A stretch of 64,000 nucleotides of DNA from an uncultured Gemmatimonadaceae bacterium (GCA_963790305.1 CAWBOC010000009.1:32001-96000); one strand, 5' to 3'. Counted from the stretch's first letter, positions 11,018 through 20,468 are shown. Numbers and translations: made by a program. The notes: a model not told the origin generated them from the letters alone.

Positions 11018-11489
11018 TGTGGGTCGCTCCATCCGCCGCACGCTCGAGCACGAGGCGCTCGTCGGTCGTCAGCAGCCTCGTCACCTCGAGGAAGACGATG
11101 AGGCGATCATTGCGACGCACCACACCGCGCAGGAACTCGGCGGAGAGGCCGCGAAAGAGCGGCGGTGGTGGCGCCAACTCGTCCGACGTCGGGCTGGCGA
11201 CCTCGAGGACGGCGTCCACGATGGCGCCGATCCAGTCGTTCCCCACCGAGAAGACGAGAATGCGCGACTCCGGCCGTGGCTCGATGCTCTCGAGGCCAAA
11301 GCGCAGACGCAGATCGATCACCGGGATGATCCGGCCTCGATACTCGATGACTCCGTCCACCCATTCCGGCACGTTGGGAATGGGCGTCGGCGGCTGGTAG
11401 CGGAGCACGCGCTCCACCGAATAGATGTCGGCGGCGAACAAGTCATCGCCAAGCCGGAAGGTAACGAGCTGCTGTGCGACCGCGGTCAT
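11010..11489 (-). CDS. cheW: CheW coupling protein
   Basis: QLVTFRLG, PTPIPNVPEWVDGVIEYRGRIIPVIDLR, IGAIVDAV; ATGA overlap with upstream cheW. Confidence 0.9.
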   Translation of the reverse strand: MTAVAQQLVTFRLGDDLFAADIYSVERVLRYQPPTPIPNVPEWVDGVIEYRGRIIPVIDLRLRFGLESIEPRPESRILVFSVGNDWIGAIVDAVLEVASPTSDELAPPPPLFRGLSAEFLRGVVRRNDRLIVFLEVTRLLTTDERLVLERAADGATHNA

Positions 11490-12144
11490 ACCGCCTCCGT
11501 GAGCTGATCCGCCAAACACGCCAGCGCCAGCGACTCGGCGTCGATGAGCGCGAGAAGATCGGCCCCGCGACGGATGACCCCGAGAAGCACGTTGTCATCG
11601 TTGTCGGGGATCGGTGCCCGTCGAACCGCCGCGCCATCGATCGTGAGCACATCCTCGACGTCGTCGACCGCGAGGCCCAGCCGCTTCTCGCGCGATCGCA
11701 GAACGAGCACCGCCGCGGCATCGCGTCCAAGCGCAACGCGCAGCACGCGCTCGGGGGAGTAGATCGGAACGAGCCGCTCCCGGAGCTCGAACACACCCAG
11801 CAGGTGGTCGGGCATCTCCGGCAGATGATGGACCGAGGGCAGCTCGATGGCCTCCTCGACCGCCCCGAGATCGACGGCGAACCGCTCATCTCCGACCCGA
11901 AACACCAGCGTGTCGGACAGCCCTTCCCGCGCTGCGATGGCCTCCCGCAGTGGACGTCGGGTCGGCCCCGATGGCTCTTGATCTTCGAACCGGCGCAGGC
12001 GCCAGCGGCGCTGGAAGCGCTAGAGGCGCTAAAGGCGCTCGGACAGCGTCGGAGCCTCACTGGTGCGTCACTGCCGTCGCGCTCCGCTTGCGCAGGCGTG
12101 CGGCGTGAGCGCTTTCGGCTGTCCGGCTTCTTCTTCTTCGTCAT
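11486..12144 (-). CDS. cheW: CheW-like protein with low-complexity N-terminal extension (frameshifted)
   Basis: FRVGDERFAVDL, LPEMPDHLLGVFELRERLVPIY, LGLAVDDVEDV; start uncertain. Confidence 0.75.
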
Positions 12145-12227
12145 AGCTCGGTACTCGTTGGAGCGCACTGGCTCCAGAGCGGTTAAGTCGAGCGCCTTCA
12201 GCGCCGCCTAGCGCCTCTAGCGCCTCT
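12004..12227. repeat. Pair of inverted 9-mer tandem arrays (AGAGGCGCT / AGCGCCTCT)
   Basis: gcgctggaagcgctagaggcgctaaaggcgct near 12008-12039 and agcgccttcagcgccgcctagcgcctctagcgcctct at 12191-12227. Confidence 0.6.
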
Positions 12228-12258
12228 GACTGAACGGACAGTTCACGCGGAGGCGGCG

Positions 12259-13341
12259 TCACATCACCCCGCTACCCCTGAAGGTCAGCAAATCGGTGAC
12301 GGCGCCGGCGATCGCCGGCAGCGGAAGCACCTGGTCGATTCCCCCCGCCTGCAGCGCCGCGTGCGGCATTCCGTAGATGATCGACGTCGCCTTGTCTTGA
12401 GCGACACCAAGCCCGCCGGCTTCGTGAATGGCCCGCATCCCTTCCGCCCCATCGCGTCCCATGCCTGTCAGCACCACGCCGATCGCCGCTGCGCCGAAGA
12501 CCTCGGCGACGGACTTGAAGAGCGGGTCCGCCGACGGACGCACTCCCCACACCGGCGGTGAGCTGTCGAGCGAGATGACCGGAACTCCGCCCTGAACGCG
12601 CACGCGCATGTGCTGGCCGCCTGGAGCGAGATACACCCGATTGTGCACGACGCGCTCACCATCGCACGCCTCGGCCACGGTGAGTCGCGAGTGAAGGTCG
12701 AGGCGATCGGCCAGGCTCTTCGTAAAGCCTGCGGGCATGTGCTGCACTATGAGCACGGCGGCATCGAGGTCGGGCCGGAGCGCGGGAATGAGATCGGCCA
12801 GGGCCCGCGGTCCGCCGGTGGACGCGGCGATCGCCACGGCACGCGTGGCCCAGGAGCCACCGCCAGCGATGGCCCGTCCAGCCATCGGCGGGTCGGCGCG
12901 GCGAGAGAGCATGGGCATGCCGCGCAGATTCACTTCGCGCGACGCGCGGAGTGCGTCGAGCAGCCGATCGCGAACGCTATCGAGATCGAGTGAGATCGGC
13001 CCGCTCGGCTTCTTGACGAAATCGACCGCCCCGAGCTCGAGGGCCCGGATGGCCGGATCGCGTCCCGACTCGGCCGCCGCGCCGCTCAGCATCACCACCG
13101 GGCGCGGTGTCTCGCTCATGATGTAGCCCAGCGCACCGATGCCATCGAGCTCGGGCATCTCGATGTCCAGCGTGACGAGATCGGGATCGAGGGCGTGAAT
13201 CTTCTTCAGCGCTTCGAGGCCGTTGCGCGCCGTCCCGACGACGCGGAACTCCGCCGAGCCATCGATCATCTCGGAGACGAGCTTGCGCATGAAGGCGCTG
13301 TCGTCGACGACGAGGACCGTCGGCAGCCTAGAGGATGACAT
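12259..13341 (-). CDS. cheB: Chemotaxis methylesterase, REC-CheB
   Basis: VVDDSAFMR, TLDIEMP; catalytic ASTGGP, QHMP, LTGMGRDG. Confidence 0.96.
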   Translation of the reverse strand: MSSSRLPTVLVVDDSAFMRKLVSEMIDGSAEFRVVGTARNGLEALKKIHALDPDLVTLDIEMPELDGIGALGYIMSETPRPVVMLSGAAAESGRDPAIRALELGAVDFVKKPSGPISLDLDSVRDRLLDALRASREVNLRGMPMLSRRADPPMAGRAIAGGGSWATRAVAIAASTGGPRALADLIPALRPDLDAAVLIVQHMPAGFTKSLADRLDLHSRLTVAEACDGERVVHNRVYLAPGGQHMRVRVQGGVPVISLDSSPPVWGVRPSADPLFKSVAEVFGAAAIGVVLTGMGRDGAEGMRAIHEAGGLGVAQDKATSIIYGMPHAALQAGGIDQVLPLPAIAGAVTDLLTFRGSGVM

Positions 13342-13819
13342 GCCCGGCCCTCAGCGATTTCACCGTGAGGCGGCCATCGCGGACGTCGAAGTACACGCTG
13401 CGACCGTAATCCCCACCGACTTCCTGCGCGACGATCGGAATGCCCGCGTGCTCGAGTGCGGCCCGCGTCGCGACCACGTTCCTCTCCCCGATTTGAAGCC
13501 CCGTCGCCGACAGCAGCGAGGTGAACATGCTCGCGCCGCCGACGATCTTGGCCCGCATGCGCCCCGTGCGCGCGCCTAACGCCTGCATGCGCTCGCACAG
13601 GAGCGGCACCGCCGTCGACGGGAACTTCGCCCGGTTGGACCGGTCCTGCGACATGCCAGTGCTCGGCAGGAGCACGTGCGCCAGTCCGCCGATGCGCGCT
13701 TCCGGGTCGTGCAGCGCGATCGCCACGCAGGAGCCCAGCCCCACCGTGACGAGGAGTGTGCCGCCATTGGCGACGGCAAAGTCCGCCACCTTCACGCGGA
13801 TCTCGGTCGGGGCGCTCAC
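13328..13819 (-). CDS. cheD: Chemoreceptor glutamine deamidase CheD
   Basis: GLGSCVAIAL, GGLAHVLLP, AKIVGGASMF, IGERN, VGGDYGRSV. Confidence 0.95.
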   Translation of the reverse strand: MSAPTEIRVKVADFAVANGGTLLVTVGLGSCVAIALHDPEARIGGLAHVLLPSTGMSQDRSNRAKFPSTAVPLLCERMQALGARTGRMRAKIVGGASMFTSLLSATGLQIGERNVVATRAALEHAGIPIVAQEVGGDYGRSVYFDVRDGRLTVKSLRAGHVIL

Positions 13820-14640
13820 GGCTTCCGGAAGATGCGCTCGCGCGGATTCACCGGCACGAACAGGTTTCGCGTGGGACCGAGGAGCGTTTCCACTTTTCCG
13901 AGGACGAGAAACCCGCCCGGCACGAGCGCGTCGAAAAACCGCTGGAAGAGCAGCTCCTGGGAAACGCGGTCGAAGTAGATGATGACGTTGCGACAGGTGA
14001 TGAGGTCGAGCCCCCCCGACGGTGTCGGCTCGTGAAGCAGGTCGCGTCGCTCGAACTGCACCATCGCCTTTACGCGTGGATCGAGCGAGTGGGGCGGCTT
14101 GGGCGTGAAGTACCGGCGTCGGATCGCCGGCGGCGTGTCGGCGAAGGCGTCCTCGCCGAAGGTGCCACGCTCCGCCGCCTTGAGACTCAGGCGATCAATG
14201 TCGGTCCCGAGGATCATGATGCGGGACAGCGCTTTCTCATCCTTGCGTTGCATCGCCTCGCGGTGCAGCAGGATCGCGAGCGAGTAGGGCTCCTCTCCCG
14301 ACGCGCAGCCCGCGCTCCAGCACCGAATGTGCTCGTCGCTCGCTGGCCACAGGGCGGGAATCACATCCTCGGCGATGGCGGCGAACGTCTCCCAGTTTCG
14401 AAAAAGCTTGGTGACGTTGATGGTGAGCGCATCGAGCAGGAGCTCGTACTCGCGCGCGTCGCCATCGAGGATCGCGGCGTAGTCGCGATAGGTATGGACA
14501 CCGCGGGCACGCATACGCACCGCGATGCGGCGACGAAGGCATTTTTCCTTGTAGCTGGCGCACCCGAAGCCGCGCTCACGCGAGATCTTCTCCGTGAGCG
14601 CGGCGAACTCCGCGTCGGCCGGCTGCTGCTGGACGCTCAC
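13816..14640 (-). CDS. cheR: Chemotaxis methyltransferase CheR
   Basis: TINVTKLFRN, WSAGCASGEEPYS, GTDID, CRNVIIYFD; GTG 14640 overlaps the upstream stop. Confidence 0.95.
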   Translation of the reverse strand: MSVQQQPADAEFAALTEKISRERGFGCASYKEKCLRRRIAVRMRARGVHTYRDYAAILDGDAREYELLLDALTINVTKLFRNWETFAAIAEDVIPALWPASDEHIRCWSAGCASGEEPYSLAILLHREAMQRKDEKALSRIMILGTDIDRLSLKAAERGTFGEDAFADTPPAIRRRYFTPKPPHSLDPRVKAMVQFERRDLLHEPTPSGGLDLITCRNVIIYFDRVSQELLFQRFFDALVPGGFLVLGKVETLLGPTRNLFVPVNPRERIFRKP

Positions 14641-16256
14641 ATCACCGTCCGGACGAGGTCGAGATTGGTGCGAATGAGCGCGTTCTCGGGATCCAGCTCG
14701 AGCGCTTTCTCCCAGCACTCGAGCGCCGCCTCGCGCTCGTGCTTGCGATAGCGAATGTTGCCCATCTTGAACCACACGTCGTGCCCCTGCCCCGGCGCCA
14801 GCCGTGCGGCACGCTCGTACGATTCCAGTGCGCGATCGTACTGCCCAGCGCGATAGTGGCAGTCGCCGAGGTTCTTGTGCAGGTGCGGCAGCCCGCTGTC
14901 GTCGCCGAGGCCGGTTTCAGCCGCCTCCACTGCCTGACGATACTGCCCCGCGCGCTCGAGGAGCGTCGCCTTGAGATTGTGGAGCGCCGCCACGTGCGGA
15001 TGCACGGTGAGCGCCTCGTCCACCAGCGCCGAGGCGCGCTCGAAGTCGCCGCCGAGCGCCGCGGCCAGGGCGGCGTAATGGAACCAGGGGGCCGTCGGTT
15101 TGCGCTTGCCGAACAGCGGCCGCGCCGCCGCGAGGAGCGCGTCACCCTCGTCGAGCTGCCCGCGCCTGAGGGCCACGATGCCAAGCGCGATCTGCACGCG
15201 AGGGTCCGCCCCGCCCCCGCGACTCACCGCTTCCTCGAGCGCGATCTGCGCGTCATCGAGCCGCCCGGTCCGCTCGAGCACGAAGGCGAGGTTGTGGAAG
15301 ACCGCCGCCGGAGCGTTCGGTTGGCTTGCCGCCTCGCGCAACGACTCCTCGGCCTGCGGCAGGCGTTCGTTACGCAGGTGCACGAGCGCCATGTAGAAGA
15401 GCGCCTGCCCGTCGTTCGGCCGCAGCTCGGCGACACGTCGGAACTCGCGCGTGGCTTCCTCGTACATGCCGGTCTTGTAGAAGGCGATGCCGAGGTTGCG
15501 GTGCTCCTCGACGCGCGCCTCCCGGACGACGGCATCGGACGCTTTCGACTTGCCGATGCGGTGCAGAAAGCCGGCGGTCGCGAGACCGTAGAGCGCCTTG
15601 CCGACCTCGAACTCGCCGAGGCCCGACTCATCGACGAGTGCAGCGACATCGCGCCGCCCGTCGACCAGCGGGATGAGCTGCTCCTGCTCCATCGTGAGCT
15701 CGGCATCACTGGCGGCCAGCTTGGTGCGATCGAGCTCGAAGATGATGTCGAAGCTCGGGATCTTCTTCTCGATGAGGCTCCACTCGTCGACACGCCGTGC
15801 CCCCTCGAGCAGCAACGACTCCGGGTTGATCGACACCAGAAAGTCGCGCTCGTCAGGCAGCACGTCGGCCTCGAAGCTGAACGTGCCCTGCGTCCAGGTG
15901 AAGAGGAAATACACGGCCTCCTCGATCTGGAGACGGATGTACCGGTGCAGCTCCTCGCGCGTGAGGATCTTCTGCTCGATGAGGATCTCACCGAGCCGCT
16001 TGTCGCGCTGGCGACTCTGGGCCTGGATCGCGGAGTCGAGCTCCTGCTGCGTGATGAGCCCGTTCTTGACGAGAATGTCGCCGAGGCGATCGCGGCGGTT
16101 CACGATCGACGCGTACGAGATACGACCGCGCGAGAAGTACACCGTGCCGAAGCTGCTGCGGTCCGCCACGCTCAGACATCCCGTCTTCTGCCCCATGGCG
16201 AGCAGCTGGAGGACGTCCGGAAGGCTGGCTTCGCGAAGACTGCCTTTGATCGCCAT
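14637..16256 (-). CDS. DUF4388 (PatA-N-like) plus MshEN-like motif plus TPR protein
   Basis: KGSLREASLPDVLQLL...KTGCL; tandem RLG motifs; LLLEGARRVDEW; C-terminal TPRs. Confidence 0.85.
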   Translation of the reverse strand: MAIKGSLREASLPDVLQLLAMGQKTGCLSVADRSSFGTVYFSRGRISYASIVNRRDRLGDILVKNGLITQQELDSAIQAQSRQRDKRLGEILIEQKILTREELHRYIRLQIEEAVYFLFTWTQGTFSFEADVLPDERDFLVSINPESLLLEGARRVDEWSLIEKKIPSFDIIFELDRTKLAASDAELTMEQEQLIPLVDGRRDVAALVDESGLGEFEVGKALYGLATAGFLHRIGKSKASDAVVREARVEEHRNLGIAFYKTGMYEEATREFRRVAELRPNDGQALFYMALVHLRNERLPQAEESLREAASQPNAPAAVFHNLAFVLERTGRLDDAQIALEEAVSRGGGADPRVQIALGIVALRRGQLDEGDALLAAARPLFGKRKPTAPWFHYAALAAALGGDFERASALVDEALTVHPHVAALHNLKATLLERAGQYRQAVEAAETGLGDDSGLPHLHKNLGDCHYRAGQYDRALESYERAARLAPGQGHDVWFKMGNIRYRKHEREAALECWEKALELDPENALIRTNLDLVRTVM

Positions 16257-18170
16257 CAGCGGAGATCCTCAATGATGCGCCCGGCAAGGTCGGGCCAATC
16301 CCACACGGTCTTTTCGCGGTCGCCGAAGTGCGTGTCGCCTGACGGCGTGGCGCGATGCACCGGCGTTGACCGGCGCACCGATGTCACCCGCGCGACATCA
16401 GCGCTCGTAAGGCGCCGGTTGTCATTGCCCGCCATCTCGGCCAGCCGTTCGCCCACGCGAAGCACGTCGCGGGCGGTTGGCATCTCCAGCGCAGCCGCCG
16501 CGTGCAGCACCTCGGGAGCGGGCTCCACCCCTGCGGCAGCGAGTGCGCGGGCGATGAGCTTTTCGCGCAGCAGTCGGTCCGGTGGCTGGATCTCGACGAC
16601 GAGACCACCCTCGAACCGCGAGCGCAGCCGTTCGTCCATCTCGGTCAGCGTGCGCGGCGCGCGCGAGGAGGTGAGGACGACCTGCTTCCCCGCCTCCATG
16701 AGGGTGTTGAAGAGATGAAAAAACTCGTCCTGCGTTCGCTCCGTGCCAGCGAACATCTCGATCTGATCGATCAGCAACGCGTCCACACGGCGGTAGCGTC
16801 CACGCCAGGTCTCGATCGCGCTGTCCTGAAGCGCCGCGATCAGCTCGTTCACGAAGTCGCTGGCGTTCACGCAGGCGATCGTCATCGCGCCGCCACTCGC
16901 GCCGGCGAGCTCGTTCCCGATCGCATGCAGGAGATGCGTCTTCCCCACGCCGGGACTTCCGTGGATGACCAGCGGGTTGTACCGGCGGCCCGGCTCCTCG
17001 ACGATCGCGTCCGCGGCATGTACCGCCAGCTGGTTGGAGGGACCGACCTCGAACTCGGCACGAAGGAGCGACCCGTCGGGCGGCGGGGGCGGGGCCGAGT
17101 CGGCGCGAAGTGTCTCCGCCAATCGCTCGAGATCCTCGATCGCGTCCGGGTCGCGAAACTGCACCGAGCCGCGCTGCGTGGGATCGAGCGCGACGATCTC
17201 CTGCTCCAGTGCGCGCAGCCGCGTGACCTTCTGCTCGAACTGCTGAAGAAGCGCGTCGGGATCCGCGGTATCGGGGCTCTGAAGCGCGCGCTCGAGCGCG
17301 GCTGTTCGGTACCCCTGCGTCCGCCATTCCGCTGTCAACTCGACGAGCCTCACTCGACGCGCATCGACATGCTGCGCGACGGCGACCGCCAGGCCCGAGA
17401 GGAAGCTTTCGTATTCTCCGCTCTTGGGGGCGAGACGCTGCGGTCCGCTGCCGTTGCCGCGATCGCCCAGCAGGCCCTGAATGCTCTCCACGGTCACATC
17501 GCCTTCGCCCAGTGTCTGAAACGCGATCAACCGGTTGATGGCGCCATGCATCTCGCGCACGTTGGCGAAGACGACGCGTGCAACCTCCTCGACGACGCCG
17601 GGTGGGAACGTCACGTCGCGCTCGTCGCACCGGCGCCGCAGGATCGCCACGCGCGTTTCGTAGTCGGGCGCGCCCATGTCGACGAGCAAGCCGCCGGAGA
17701 AGCGCGTCATCAGGCGGTCGTCGAGATCGGCGATCTCCGCCGGCGGCCGATCGCTGGTGAGCACGATCTGCTTGCCGCTCCTCTGCAACACGTTGAACAG
17801 CCGCAGCAGCTCGCTTTGCGTCTCCTGCCGTCCGGTGAGAAACTGCACATCGTCGAGGAGCAGGACATCGAGCGCCGCAAAACGCTGGCGGAACGCGTCC
17901 GTCTCCCCGCGCGTCACCGCCTGATGCAGAATGCTCGACGAGCTCATCGGTCGTGACGTACTCGGCCTGGAGATCGGGCTGCAGCTGCTTCGCGAGCTGT
18001 CCGATGGCGGACAGCAGGTGCGTCTTGCCGAGCCCCGATGCCGCGTAAATGAACAACGGGTTGTAGGCCGCTCCCGGCGACTGCGCGACTGCGCGCGCCG
18101 CCGAGACGGCGAGGCGGTTGGCCGCGCCGACGACGAAGGTGTCGAAGCGAGAGCGGACGTCGAGGGCCAT
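16256..18170 (-). CDS. Tandem double DnaA-type AAA+ protein lacking domains I and IV (apparent frameshift near 17935)
   Basis: Two copies of F..G..N.LA...YNPL.I...G.GKTHLL.AIG...D...GKQ.VLTS.R...RL..RF.GGL. Confidence 0.88.
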
Positions 18171-18173
18171 GCG

Positions 18174-18782
18174 CTACCGGCTCCCGGCCTCGGCCGGCGA
18201 CGCCAGCCGCTTGAGGACGAGCTCCGCGATGCCCCGCAGCGTCTCGAAGACCCCGATGCCGTGCAGCGCGTCGGCAGCGAAACGTGGCACGCCGCGGAAG
18301 TTCAGCGCCTCATCGAGCTCATCCACCGACATGATCATGTCTCGCGGCAGATCCTGCTTGTTGTATTGCAGAACGAGCGGGACCGTCCGAGGGTCCATGC
18401 CCTGGTTGCCAAGGTTGGCGTGCAGGTCCTGGAGACTCTCGATGTTTTCGTCCAGCTGTCGCGACTGACTGTCGGCGACGAAGACCACACCGTCCGCGCC
18501 CTGAAGGACGAGCTTGCGCGTCGCCTGGTAGTAGACCTGTCCCGGGACGGTGTAGAGCTGCAGCCGCGTCGTGAAGCCGGAGATCGTTCCGAGATCGAGC
18601 GGGAGGAAATCGAAGAAGAGCGTGCGATCGGTCTGCGTGGCGAGCGACACCATCTTGCCCTTCCGCTCGTCAGGCACCTGGCCGTAGACGTAATGCAGAT
18701 TCGTCGTCTTCCCCGACCGCCCAGGGCCGTAGTAGACGATCTTGCACGTGATCTCGCGGGACGCGTAGTTGACGAGAGACAC
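18174..18782 (-). CDS. mglA: MglA-family small GTPase
   Basis: REITCKIVYYGPGRSGKTTNL, DRTLFFDFLP, YTVPGQV, DGVVFVADS, NKQD. Confidence 0.95.
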   Translation of the reverse strand: MSLVNYASREITCKIVYYGPGRSGKTTNLHYVYGQVPDERKGKMVSLATQTDRTLFFDFLPLDLGTISGFTTRLQLYTVPGQVYYQATRKLVLQGADGVVFVADSQSRQLDENIESLQDLHANLGNQGMDPRTVPLVLQYNKQDLPRDMIMSVDELDEALNFRGVPRFAADALHGIGVFETLRGIAELVLKRLASPAEAGSR

Positions 18783-18787
18783 GATCG

Positions 18788-19285
18788 TCAGGACGAGGGG
18801 GTGATGTTGCGCCGTCCGGGCGCGCGCCCGAACAGCATCGCGAGGTTGCGATTCAGCTCGACCTCGAAGTTCTCGTCGAGCATGGGGGCGGCATCGGGGA
18901 CCTGCACCTTCGACTGCAGGAGGGCCGTGCGCAGCTCCTCGAAGTATAGTTGCACGAGACCGAGCGAGCTCTGCTCATCGAACACGGTGAGGAGCAGACA
19001 TGTCCCACGTGGCGTCGCCGCTTCCGCGAGGTAGAGTCGCCGCTTGGCACCCGCGTGAAAGACATCGCGAAAGCCTTTTCCGTCAAGTGTGCGACCGAGC
19101 TCGCGCACCGTCGCGTAAATGCCGGCCGCGAGCGCCGCCGCCGACATGACGTCGACCGCGCGCGAGAACCCGCTCTGTCCGAGCACCTGCCCGCTCGGAA
19201 AAATGAGCAGCGCGAACGTGACACGGGCATCGTCGACGAAACGCTTCAATGGCGCCTCGACCCAGGGCTCGGCGACGCTGATCAT
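18788..19285 (-). CDS. mglB: MglB-like Roadblock/LC7 protein (putative GAP of MglA)
   Basis: ALLIFPSGQVL, AALAAG, LLLTVFDEQSSLGLVQL; directly upstream of mglA. Confidence 0.8.
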   Translation of the reverse strand: MISVAEPWVEAPLKRFVDDARVTFALLIFPSGQVLGQSGFSRAVDVMSAAALAAGIYATVRELGRTLDGKGFRDVFHAGAKRRLYLAEAATPRGTCLLLTVFDEQSSLGLVQLYFEELRTALLQSKVQVPDAAPMLDENFEVELNRNLAMLFGRAPGRRNITPSS

Positions 19286-19632
19286 ATGACGAGCCGCTCC
19301 AGCGCCTTGAGCATCTCCATCCGCATGAGGCCGATATTCGCGCGCGCGTCGGCGACGATCACGAGCACCATGTCGTTCTTCCCCGCGGCGCACACGTGCC
19401 CTTCCGTCGCGCGGAGGCGAAGGAACGTGACGCCTCCGAGTCCGGCGGCATCCGCCGACAGGCGCGCCTTGCGATAGAGGGACGCCGCGAGCGCCGCGAA
19501 CGCCGGGCCCTTCATCCCCACGTGCAGCGTCGCGTCGATGATGACGCCGTCGGTCTCGTCGACGAGCAGGCTGCCACGCACGCCGCGTTGGCGCGTGAGG
19601 GCCGCGATGATGGGCGTCAGATTGGTCTTCAT
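19282..19632 (-). CDS. Roadblock/LC7 domain protein
   Basis: GVRGSLLVDETDGVII, AALAASL, LVIVADARANIGLMRMEM; ATGA overlaps at both ends. Confidence 0.85.
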   Translation of the reverse strand: MKTNLTPIIAALTRQRGVRGSLLVDETDGVIIDATLHVGMKGPAFAALAASLYRKARLSADAAGLGGVTFLRLRATEGHVCAAGKNDMVLVIVADARANIGLMRMEMLKALERLVI

Positions 19633-20468
19633 CCGCCCCCCTTCTTCAGCCAGGTGCCCGCGCGCTCGACGCACCGGTCGAGCACGCGATGCACGAGTCC
19701 GAGGGGCATGGCCTTCGACGCGGCGACCAACAGCAACGCATCATCGCGCATGGGGGCCATCGCTACGACGGCGGCGTCGGTCTCGACGGTGAGCGACGAC
19801 CAGTCACCGAGTCCGAGGTGACGCATGGCCCGACGCGCCTCGTCACTGACCCCGCTGAGCTCGGCACCCACTTCCTGCGCGACGTCGCGGCCGTCCTGCG
19901 TCAGGTACGTGCCGGCCATGACGAGCCCGGTGGCGTCGAGGAGGAGCGCGGTGTGCTCGCCGCCTTCGGTGATCTCGTCGAAGAGGCTGAGGTGCTCAGG
20001 GTGCTCAGGGTGCTCAGGGGAACGGCGGTCCGCACCCTGAGCACCCTGAGCACCCTGAGCACCCTCTCGCAAATGCACCCGCACCATGGCGAGCGCCGTC
20101 GCCACCGTCTCGTCCTCGCCATCGAGCTCCGACGCTTCGCTCAAGTAGGTCTGCGCTTCGACGTACTTGCCTTGCTTGAACAGGACGTACCCCATTCCCT
20201 TGCGGGCGCCGAGGTGGGCCGGGGCGATGCGCCGGACCATGTCCCACTCGTCGAAGGCGCGCTCGAGCTCGCCGCGGTCGACGGCAATGCGCGCGAGCAA
20301 ATCGTGCGACTCGGCGTCGTGCGGATGCCGCTCGAGGCCGCGGAGCGCGACCTTGAGCGCGAGATCGAGCTGCCCGCCCTTCCGCAGCGCTTCACCCAGC
20401 TGCAGGTAGACGGGGCTCGCGGGGTCGCGGGCCAACTCCTCGCTCAGGCGGCGAATGTCGTCAGCCAT
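19629..20468 (-). CDS. TPR-Roadblock/LC7 fusion protein
   Basis: N-terminal TPRs; C-terminal ALLLDATGLV...LLLVAASKAMPLGLV. Confidence 0.8.
   Translation of the reverse strand: MADDIRRLSEELARDPASPVYLQLGEALRKGGQLDLALKVALRGLERHPHDAESHDLLARIAVDRGELERAFDEWDMVRRIAPAHLGARKGMGYVLFKQGKYVEAQTYLSEASELDGEDETVATALAMVRVHLREGAQGAQGAQGADRRSPEHPEHPEHLSLFDEITEGGEHTALLLDATGLVMAGTYLTQDGRDVAQEVGAELSGVSDEARRAMRHLGLGDWSSLTVETDAAVVAMAPMRDDALLLVAASKAMPLGLVHRVLDRCVERAGTWLKKGGG
19991..20063. repeat. Perfect 29-bp inverted repeat made of 9-mer tandem units, inside the CDS
   Basis: (GGTGCTCAG)x3 GG, 15-nt loop, exact reverse complement. Confidence 0.9.

Noticed and set aside
16256..18170. DnaA-like gene as the true replication initiator or an oriC marker
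   Set aside because: No domain IV, no dnaN/gyrB context, and no DnaA-box cluster or AT-rich unwinding region nearby.
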